Below are positions 11,977 to 22,700 of a stretch of DNA of 64,000 nt, one piece after another. The position numbers and the translations under genes were made by a program. Below the pieces are notes generated by a model that was not told the origin of the DNA, did no database searches, and saw nothing but the letters and a program-made list of their open reading frames with translations. How positions within the stretch are numbered: position 1 is the first letter of the stretch; each line of letters begins with the position of its first letter. Origin of the DNA: Guillardia theta CCMP2712 (lineage: Eukaryota > Protista > Cryptophyta); the NCBI RefSeq assembly GCF_000315625.1, contig NW_005434634.1:210531-274530 (forward strand), given 5' to 3'.

Positions 11977-12982
11977 GATGCGAGATTGATGTCTACAAAG
12001 ATTCGAAGGTGTATCCAGTCTCGCACATACACTTACTCTTCATTACCGGACATTCAGGAGGAGAGGAGTCTGTCAGCAAAATTCAGGAAATCAATGAGAT
12101 GAGTACGAATTGATCTTCATGGAAAGCGATCTTATATTTTCTTGGCTCGCATGTTCTGCTACATGGGAACGTTCTGCTACATGGTTCCCATGTTTGTCAA
12201 TGTTCTCGGGTGTGGACACTGTCTTGCACATTTCCTAGAAGAAAGATCTCTGCTCATGAAAACCCAGCCACTTCGCACCCAGCAGGTTCTTTCTGTACTG
12301 GAGCTTGTCTAACTACCTTGATCGGACTTTAAGCATCATCGTTTGTCTAATGAGATGACTATCCTGTACCTCTAGCTACTGCTTCTGCTCCCGAACCTCT
12401 TCCTGCTCCTTACTGTCCCCTTCAAAACATCGTTGAGCAAGCGATTTCGCCATTTTCTTCCACCCCCCCACTAAAACACATTACCCCATACCTAGAGGTG
12501 ATCCTTCAAGGACCCACCCTTGCAACCAAGCAATGTCACCCCTACCCACAAAATTTGCCCCCCATCACAAGAGGACCCTACTGATTTGCGTTTTACACCA
12601 TAAGTACCCTCAATTATACTCTAATACAAGGGGTCATCCATAGATTTGTAAATGACCCATGGAGTTCCATTCGGGGTACCCCCGTTATGATTCGGAGGCA
12701 TACTACCCCTACCTGGTATACACCCCTACCAGGCATCCCAACCCCACTACCGCTGTCTGCTGATGAAGCTCGGGGGACATTGAGGCGGGTCCAGATCGAA
12801 CCTACCGACATGGAGGGTAGTTTTAGTATGAAGAGGGGGTAGTCTTTGTATAGGACCTAAGCAGTGTGGTGGGGTAGATTTGAGTTGGTAGGGGTGGGTG
12901 GGGGACCTGGGGGCGCAATGAGTCGGGGAGCCATGCACATTTCACGATGACATGTAGTCTACGTAGTTCATAGCGATGAGTT

Positions 12983-13230
12983 GAGGAGGAGGAGGAGGAG
13001 GAGGAGGAGGAGGAGGATGACGATGAGGATGATGATGATGATGATGATGAGGAGGAGGATGATGATGATGATGATGAGGAGGAGGAGGAGGAGGAGGAGG
13101 AGGAGGAGGAGGAGGAGGAGGAGGAGGAGGATGAGGATGAGGATGAGGAGGAGGAGGAGGAGGATGAGGATGAGGAGGAGGATGAGGAGGAGGAGGAGGA
13201 GGATCAGCAGCAGAAAGAGGAGCAGGAGGA
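12983..13230. repeat. Compound (GGA)n/(GAT)n microsatellite, intergenic
   Basis: Directly visible; it produces the spurious poly-R/M/P/H/L ORFs. Confidence 0.95.
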
Positions 13231-13494
13231 TGCGGGGAATAATGAGGATTACTTCGCATTGAATTTTTGCATGATACAAAAGCTGTTCCAGGTTAATTCG
13301 AGCGCACAATGGCAATGCGATTGCGCATGGCGACGATGGGAGGGCTGAGTGTTGATGCAAAGAAGATGGAGGGATGGGAAGGATGACTGAGTGGGGAAGG
13401 AGTAGATGGTTGGGGAAGAGAGAATCAAAGATGACGGGAAGAAGGGAGGGCGAAGGGCGAGGACGAATGCACAAGTGGTAAAGTTTAATTTGGA

Positions 13495-16400
13495 TCAGCG
13501 AGGAGATTCTTCAATCGAGATTGCCACCTGCACACAGATTAACATTCCGAAGAGAAAGTGCGTGAAGGATGGGAGAAGATAAGAAACGAGGAAGAGAGAG
13601 GAGGAAATCAAGAGGAAGAGGAAATAGGAGGATACTTGTTTCCCACAGCGGTGTCTTCGTCTGCCTCTACCTTCAAGCGCAACCGAAACTGATCGCTGGG
13701 ATGTGTGGAAGCTTTCATAATCTCTCTCATCCTGGGGACCGTTGAGAAGGAGGGAGGCAGAAGGGAGGCAGAGGGTTGGGAGGAGGAGGAGGAGGAGGAG
13801 GAGGAGGAGGAGCTTGATGATGATGATGATGATGAGGAGGAGGAGGAGGAGCTGGAGGAGGAGTGGGGGGATGGAGGAGGAGTCAAGAAGAACACACATC
13901 ATCGTCGCATATGAAGACGGCGGTAGGATGAAGCTGACAATCAAAGCTTTCCACTTCCCTTCTCCCCCTGCTCCAGGCAGAAATATCACATGGAATGGAG
14001 ATGGATGGAGAAAGAGAAAGAGGGAGAAAATTTACCGCATTGGTCGTGTCCTTCAAACGCCCGCTGGAGGTCTTGCATGTGGTGAGATTCTGAGGTCGAC
14101 AGGAAGAACAAGATGATCTGGAGGATGGGAGGAAAAGGAGGAAGAGGAGGAGGAGGAGGAGGATGAGCAAAAGGAAGGCATCCAGCAGCAGAAGCAGCAG
14201 CAGCAGCAGCAGCAGGAGCAAGTGGAGAGGGAAGAGAACAACCCCAGTCTCTGTTATTGTATGTAACTATCTGCCAGCGCACATTCTTGGGCTTTATGAC
14301 AAGACTCCTGCAATAAAAACGGATAAGAGAGAGAAAGAGAGACTGGGAAAGGAGTTATAGAATGGAGGAGAGAAGAAAGAGGATGGAGGAGGGAGGAAGA
14401 GGGTGGGGAGGGAGGAAGGAGGAGGGAGGAAGGAGGAGGGAGGAAGGAGGAGGGAGGAAGGAGGAGGGAGGAGTAGAGATCAGACTCGAGATCTCTTATC
14501 ATGGATTGCCTCCAGGATGGGGAAACCTGAATGAGCATCGATGAGATGACTTCTTGCCTTTCTGAAACTCTCGCTTCATTCCATCCTTCTCGATCTGTTT
14601 CACTTGTCATGCGCGAACAATGATCTCTTCCATCAATTAAACTTTCATCGTCCCCAATAAGCAATTTCAGAACGAGGGTGGAGGGGGAAGGGGGTGGGGT
14701 ATGTTAGGCAGAAGAGATTCCAACCAGTCGGCGCACGAAAGTTTTCAGTCCGTTCTTGGGAAGAACCGGATAAACCTCCTCGTCAACCATTGGCAGCACA
14801 ACTTCAGAGATGCTGCCAACATCATCATCTTCGCCTCCTCCCAAGCAGCACCTCTGCAGCACCCGAAAGCTGCTTCCTTTTCCTCCTTCGCGGTCACAAA
14901 GTGAATCTCAGGAGCGTTGGAGTTGCTGATGTTGAACCGCATCGTGTTCTCCCCGTCCTGCGCTTCCAGTATCAGTTCCTTCTCCTCTCCTCCTCTTCTT
15001 CCTCTCCTCTCTTTCCGCCCATCTCTACCTATGCTTTCCTCTCTCCCATCGTTCTACTTAAAGGTTCTTATCCCCCTCCCCTTGCCCCTCCCCCTGCTCC
15101 TGCTTCTACTTTTCCTTCACCTTGGTATAGGAGGAGAAGTGACTTGTTAGGATCGCCTCGGACTTGTTCCTATCTTTACGGACTAGGACGATATCTCCCT
15201 CTACCGCATGCTCCATGCTCATCCGTCTTGCCCGCTCTGACGCCATCAGGTTCCACACCCTGGACCAGTACGCGAACTTGAAAAGACGAGCATGCGGCCT
15301 GCGGCTCACTCAAAAGGTGGTTCAAACTTGATACAAGTTTGAAGTTGAGACGAGGATGAGGAGGTAGTGGGAGCAAGATCATGTAGGACAGAGCTGCTCA
15401 CATAGAGAGCGCTGCCTCTTTTGCGGATTTGCCGTCCTTGAGCGCCTGCAGCAGCACCCGCTCGTCATGGCAGTAGCCCGGCATCAGCTTCAGCGCCTCA
15501 TCCACGTCCTTGTGCTTCGCATACATCAGCTTCGCCTTCCTCTCGTTGGGGCTGCAGCTCAAGGACGGAGGACGGAGAGTCTCGGAGACGGCGCTCTCCC
15601 AGTCTTCCTTGCTCAGCAGCTTTCCGACCGCGATGGACGGCATCATAGAAGCGGCACTTCAATCGCTGTCAGTGGAAGGAGAACAGGAGCAGGAGGAGCA
15701 GGAGCGGGAGCAGGAGCAGGAGGGTCATGGAAGGAGAAGCCACGGAGCAGAAGGAGGAGCAAGGGAAGAGAGGATCAGACAAGGAAAGTATGATATCACC
15801 TATTTCCAAATCTCTGATGCCCGAAGTAGTTGATAAAACCTCTCCTCGAAATCTCCTCCATCGTTTTGTTGAGCATTGAAGGTTCCCTGAGCGGTCTGAT
15901 ATGGCGGAGGAGGATTTCGAAACGATTTCCTCCATGCTGTCCGAACCGCAGAGGCGACTCGACATACTTGAAGTTGCCAAGGAGTACACCCTTCATCTTC
16001 CCATCGTTCAAGCCCAGCAGGCGGGAAGGAGCGATGCCGTAGGAACGAACCTCCTGCTCTGTGATACCGCTCTTGTCCTTCAGCCCCGCGAAGGTGAAGC
16101 TTCGTGCGTTGACCTTGAGGTAGGACGCAATCTTGTTGACCAGTGTTGTCGTGTCCCATCCTGACTTGGCGAGGATGAAGCTGGCAGAAGAAGAAGCTTG
16201 TAAGCTTTCAAGGGTGAGAAGGAGGTAAGAGAAGGGAGTTGGAAGGCAGAAACGAAGGCAAGAAAGGTCAAGAAAGGCAAACTTACCTCAGGTACTTCTT
16301 CTCCTCCACTTTTTCTATCCCACCGCAGGTCGCCAGTGCTCTTGCTCGCTGCTTGAACCACGTTTGATTCGCAGTCATTGTCAGGGTCCGCGAACCTTCG

Positions 16401-17247
16401 GAAGCCTGGATAGGCAGTGCGAAGGAAACCTTGAGGAATGGGAAGAATCGTGCAAAATCTTTGTCAGCCCCGCTGGGATCTCTGCTCCCGATGTTGACTG
16501 TACATCTCTGGAGCTCCCCAGCACTTCCTTCTCCTGTCGTGAAGTTCTTGAAGACCTCGGAAGCAAACAGGAACGCTCTTCTAGCAACGTCCTTGCCAAA
16601 GTGCGGCTTTAGGGCGTAAAAGCCCGCATCCTGGTTGTCTAGCTCATCCCGGAGGGGCCAAGGGCGAGGAGGGAGGGAGGCAGCATCAGTCAGCAGCACA
16701 GGAACCTCCTCCTCCAGGCGCATCTCGTTCACTCGGAAGTCAAACCACCGGGCCTTCAGTAGCCCCCCCAGCCCAGGAGCGCCGGTGACGTACTCAGTTA
16801 TGCCCACGTCATCATCGCTGCTCTTCTTCTCCTTGGTCCACTCGATGTAGTCTTGGAGGGAAGAGTACTTCTCCCTCTCCAGCCCAGCTCCCTCGAAGTC
16901 ATACAGCGAGGGGTCAAGCGCGTTGCACGTCTGCCTGCTGCAGAGTTCCTTGAGGACGACTTCCCGGGATTTGTCAGCCATGATGTTGCCTTGCGACATG
17001 ACGCGGATGGTGCCCGGAGCTCGTTCATCTCTCTTGCCTTTCCCTTCTTTCTGATTGCGCGGATGTCGTTTTCTTTCTTCGATCCCTCCTTCTTTTGCTT
17101 CCATTTCTTCAACCTCGGTTTACCTCCACGAAGTCGCACTACGCCGGAGTCCCGATGCCGCGCTTGGAGCCCAGTCGCTTCATAACGTGCATTGGCGATG
17201 CTGAGGAGGATCAGGAGAGCGAAGAGAGTTCTTGCCGACGCAGTCAT
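13495..17247 (-). CDS. PUS7: TruD/Pus7-family pseudouridine synthase with signal peptide and RLRGG leader, multi-exon
   Basis: DVGITEYV..GLLKARWFDFRVNE, FTFAGLKDK (catalytic Asp), GNRFEILLR, GFINYFGHQRFG, AYWSRVWNLMASER, VEGDIV, FILPPSSYATM. N-terminus MTASARTLFALLILLSIANA..VVRLRGG followed by a Lys-rich stretch, joined to the catalytic frame by an intron of about 40 nt near 16949-16995. Confidence 0.9.
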
Positions 17248-18481
17248 GTCGCTATCCCGACTCTCCAACTTTTCAGCATTTCTCCCAAGGCATGCCTCCT
17301 CCTTAGATTCTCACTCGCTGGCTTGTGCTACCTCCACCCTCCTCCTCCTCTCCCTCTCGCTTCCCGCCTTCACTCTCTTTCATCGCCCTTGTCAGCCTGC
17401 ATGCCCTATGGTCGCATCGCATCCTACTATCTTCCATGGCTGTCCTACTTTTAGATCTCCTGATCGCCTACTTTTCAAAAATCAAGTTCACCCGGCGGCC
17501 GTACTGTCGGGCCGGCCCTATCGGGCCCCGAGCCGAAGGTCAGTCACTGAGCTATATAGTGGTAGGCGGCGGACATAAAAGTGTGGTAGTACCAGTAGTA
17601 GTAGTGGTACTTTGAGTAAAAGTAATAGTAGTAGTACCCTCATAAGGAGCTCTTACAGACACCCCACCCGTAGATACGACCTTCCTATTGGGTGTACTCA
17701 GTGGGTGGGTCACATAAGACCACAAAGGTCTGATGGGGTGACATAGGGTGGGGTACTTCTCGACGGGGGATTAGGAGGGGGTGTCAATAAGTATTGCCAC
17801 TTTGCGGTGGTGGATGCGGGGGCGATGCGAGGAGGGGTAGTTTCCTATGGATTTCATTGTCATTTTAATTAGTAACTCGTGGGGGTAGTAACATAAAGGG
17901 ACGTGATCCGACAAGTAGCAACCTTGGTTGTAGCGGTGGAGTGGTGGGTAGGGAAAGGTAAAACGGTGGGGTGATATTTGTTTTGATAGTGGTTATTCGG
18001 GGGTGGGGTGGTATGTCCTCACAAATGATCGAAGAGACCAGGTTTTAAAGAAATAAAACATATTCAGTACTGATTTTTAAAACTTGAACCACAAAAATAT
18101 AACAAATATGATGAAAGTACCCTATTTGTTTTAAATTCCCTTTATAATGTTGGATTTTCAGCGGACACATATTGACCTCCTATGTTATTTCACCATTTAA
18201 TAAATGTTTATTATTTCCATACTGGTACATTACAATATTTCCTTATACTAATATATATAAAATAACCAGACTTGAATAGATTTTCTTTCAGTACTGATTT
18301 ACTATATTCATTATATCTTATCGAAAAAGTATTTTAGTTGTTTTAAACATTTGTTTCGCGATTCCAGCAATGGCACGAGCTTTGCGGCGCTGGTTCGGCG
18401 GTATGGCGGAGCTTTCCCCATAGGAGGAGAGATTTTCGTCCCCACAATTGAGAAACGTCTTTCCTCTGTAACTTTGACAAG

Positions 18482-19707
18482 ATGGAAAGCAGCAATCTCG
18501 ATCAGGATATGCGCAACATGGCCATTGACGATGCCAGAGACGCTGCAGAACTGTTCAAGGAGTTCTGGGGGGGTAGTCAGGTGGATGAAGATTTTACGAA
18601 TGAGAATGTGCAGTTGGAGGAGATGGCGTACGAGTCTATGTCATCCCAAGCCAGGGAAGAGGAGGAGCAGAGCTCTCCAAAGTTCAAAGTTTTCCGGCCC
18701 CACTCCGGAAAGGGCCAGAGCAGAACAGGGGGAGGGAGACATGCTTTTGCATGCCCTCTATGGCGGGCCAAGGATGTCATTCTCAGCCAGCTTCTTGAAA
18801 TTCAACAAGATCGATCGAGAATGCTGCTAGAAGAGACAGAGCTGGTGAGGATTGAAGTGCGGATATGTAGCTTCGATGTGGAGGATGCGATGCTATGGCT
18901 CAGGTCCCAGCACGAGTTCCCCAAGGTGTTCTTCCTCAACCCTGAGAGGTCGCACATAGCAGCAGGTGTTGGATCGGCTCATCTGGTGAGCGGGGAAGGA
19001 GATCTGCAGAGGCACCTGCTTCCCGAGGGCACTCCAGCCTGTTTCCGATACTACGGAGGGTCGCGATTCGATGCCGGAGCCAGGGTTGGGAAGGAGTGGC
19101 AGGAGTTTGGCGGGCATTACTTCGTGCTTCCTCAGATTGAAATTTTCTACTCTAACTGTGCCAATGCACAAGATGCGACGAAGAGTTTGGGGGAGGTCAG
19201 GCGGCATGCAAACTCTATCACGGATGAGTTCATTATTGGGGTGAACGTCAGGAGGAGGGAGGATGGAGATTGGGTCGAGCCGCTTGTGAAGGCCATCAGT
19301 GCAGTGAAACAGATGAATGTAGTGTTGAGCGAGGAGCGGGACCTCCCGAAGCCGAGCTCGATGAAGGACGGCTCGAGTTACGAGCACTGGAAGAGCTCAA
19401 TCGAATCAGCGCTGGAGGAGCTCAAGAAAGGGGCAGAGCTAAGGAAGGTGAGAAACATGTTGGTGCTTGTGCCTTCGTTGCTGAAGTCACTCGGCAGGTT
19501 GTGCTGTCTCGGAACTTCTTCGTCGAGTTCTCAACGGAAGTGGAGCCGATGGACCTGCTGCTGAAGCTCAAGTATCACCAGGGATACCTCTTCTGCCTTC
19601 AGCCCACACCTGGCTCTGCCTTCTTGGGATGCAGTCCAGAGCCTCTCTTCAAGATCTCTCATGACATCATAGAGACCATGGCGATCTCTGGCACGAGGGT
19701 TAGCACT

Positions 19708-19756
<49 letters not shown>

Positions 19757-22700
19757 TCTCCTTCTCTTGCCCCTGTTCCTCGTTCTGCCCTTGTCCTCCC
19801 TCTTCCTTTACACCCTGTTCCTTTGTCATCTCTTTCTATCTTTCTTTGTTTGATCAGAGTCACGAATGTTGGATGTGAATTGACATGCTTTTACCTGTTT
19901 TTTTTTTTTTTTTTCTTGTGGGTTTTCGACGAGCTTGCATTCATGCTCGCCTCTCCGTTCCCCCTCTGACCTCCTGTTATCCTACAGCCCCGAGGGCAGT
20001 CAGCCGAGCAAGACGAGGAGCTGGCAAAGGAGCTGCTTGCGAGCGAGAAGGACAAGTACGAGAACGGGGTCACGACCAAGTACATTCAGGAGCAGCTGGC
20101 CAACGTGGCTGAGGATGTGGAAACGTCGGAAATCTACGTGATGAAGCTCAGGCACGTGCAGCACATCTGTCGCAAGATCAGAGCGAAGCCATCCTCCAAG
20201 GCTGCCACCCCGATCGAGCTCCTCCTTACCCTGAACCCAACGCCTGCTGTGTGCGGTGAGTCCCGGCCGGTGGCGACCAGGTTCATCAGGAGCGTGGAGG
20301 GGTTCGATCGAGGCTTCTTCGGGGGGCCTGTAGGGTTTGTTTCTTCTTCCGTCTGCGAGTTCCTGGTGGCGATCCGCTCGGTACTCTGCAAGCCCAAGAT
20401 GCTGCACGTGTACGCAGGAGCAGGCATCGTGCCAGGGTCTGACCCAAAGTCAGAGTGGGAGGAGACGGCGTTCAAGATGAGGAACATCCTGCAGCTGTTC
20501 GCGAACCCTCCTCGTCCTCTCTCCTCCCTCCCCAACATCAACATGCTCTGGGCTGTGCTCACTGTGGAGGAGCTGTGCCGGTGTGGAGTGACTGTCTTCT
20601 GCCTGTGCCCGGGCTCCAGGTCGACTCCTCTCGCCGTTGCTGTCTCCTGGAACGCCAAGGCGACGTCAGTTGTCATGCACGATGAGAGGAGCGCTGGCTT
20701 CTACTGCGTGGGATACGCACGAGCGAAGAGGAAGCCCGCTGCCTGCATTGTCACCTCCGGCACAGCAGTGGCGAACCTGCTCCCCGCTGCAGTGGAGGCC
20801 TCACAGCAGGGCCTGCCGATGCTCCTCCTGACTGCCGACAGGCCGTTCGAGCTACGGGACAACGGGTCGAACCAGACGATCGAGCAGGCAGGAATCTTCG
20901 GGCGCTACGTCAGGTGGAGCAGGGACCTCTGCTGCCCCTCCGACCAGATCCCCGCCAACGTCCTCCTCTCCGACGTCGACTTCGCCGTTCATCGCGCCTC
21001 CTCCTCGCCTCGTGGCCCCGTCCACCTCAACTTTCAGTTCCGGGAGAACCTCGCCCCTGACGGCGGGCCCGTCCGCGACAACCCGCCGGGCAACCCGATC
21101 AGCAGCACGTGGAGCAGGGCGTGTATCGCCTCCCTCAACATGGCCAAGTGGGAGCATTCGGCGCTGCCTCATACGCTGTATCCCTCCTCCTCCTCCCACG
21201 TCGAGGTCCCAGCAGAGGTCTTGAGCTCCATGGCGCGTGCGAGGAGAGGCCTCGTCGTCGTCGGCAACCTCTTCACAGCAGAGGACATGGCGACCGTCGG
21301 GTGGGTCGCGGCTGAGCTATGCTGGCCCGTGTGGTGCGACGCTCAGTCGGGGGGCCGTTGGGACTTCGGGCCGTTCGGAATGCGAGGAGTGAGCATGATG
21401 GACCAGATGCTGACCAACCAGAGGGTCAGCGGGGCCCTCCGGCCTGATTTCATCCTTCAGTTTGGGGAGAGGCTGGTCAGCAAGCGCATCCTCTCCCTTA
21501 TCTCCTCCTGCTGCTACAGCGACCGCTGCTCCTACGTGGTTGTCTCCGATGCCCCTGGGAGGCAGGACCCCTCCGCTATAGTCACCCACTACCTCTCGTG
21601 CTCTCCTACCGACTTCGGCAAGCAGCTGTCAAGGTGGATGCAGCACAACAGGTCCGTTCCTTCATCCTGCTCTCTCCCCACTCCCTCACCCTCCTTCCTC
21701 CTCCTCCTCCGCATCATTATCGACATCTCCCCTCGTTTGTGCTCATGAATGCAGAGACATGACTTGGCAGCAGGATCTATCCTAGCGATCTCCTTCCCCT
21801 GGAGAAGATGTCGGAGCATGCGAGGACGGCCCTGTGGTCGTCGCTGTCGGGCTACAAGGACCTTGAGGAGCCGCTCATTGCTCTCCGTTGCTCCGAGAGC
21901 CTCGCAAGAGGACGCGCTCTCTTCGTCTCGAGCTCCATGCCCATCCGAGACGTCGACATGTTCTTCCATGCTGCCCTCTCCCGCGAGCGACCGGAGATCG
22001 GATGCAACCGAGGCGCCTCCGGCATCGACGGCATCGTCTCCTCCGCGCTAGGGTACGCTGGAGGCAGGGGTCGACCGCTGACCCTCCTCCTCGGCGACAC
22101 GGCAGCGCTCTACGACCTCAGTGCCATCCGGCATGTACCGGACTGCCCGCATCCTGTGGTGCTGGTGATTGTGAACAACGGGGGGTGCGGCATCTTCAGG
22201 TTCCTGCCCATCGCCCAGCATGAGGAGATGATGGAGAAATTCTTCATCAACTCCCACCAGATCGACTTCGAGAGCCTCGCTCGCTCGTTCGGCATAGACT
22301 ACATGCACGCCGCTACTGCAGGTTGGCTCCTCCTACCTTGCTGCTGACCTCCTCCTCCCCCCCCTCCCCTCTCCTCCCTCCTTCCTCCTCGTCCTCCCCC
22401 CCCTCCCCCTCGTACTCCTCCTCCTCCTTCATCACCTCCTCCTCCTCAACCTCTCGTAACGACCTCTCCCTCTATCCGTTAGTGCGCTAGTTTTGCTCCT
22501 TCTTCTTTTCTCCCTACACACACGTACTCCTCTCCTGCTTGCCTCCCTCGCTCAGCTCCCCCTTGCTTCCCCTCCTCTTCCAGTGCTGCCAGTGACTCCG
22601 ACCTCCAGCGGAGTTCGACTCCTGCCTCCACCATGCCGAGACCTCGGGCAAGCACGTCCTGCTGGAGGCTCGTACCTCCTCCGACCGTCTCGTTCAGGTT

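Noticed and set aside
12942-13474. Poly-Arg/Met, poly-Pro/His and poly-Leu/Ile ORFs
   Set aside because: Translations of a (GGA)/(GAT) microsatellite; no coding complexity.
18800-20500. Anthranilate or salicylate synthase identity for the chorismate-binding domain
   Set aside because: KVVLSR lysine, PTPAVCG alanine and fusion to MenD indicate isochorismate synthase.
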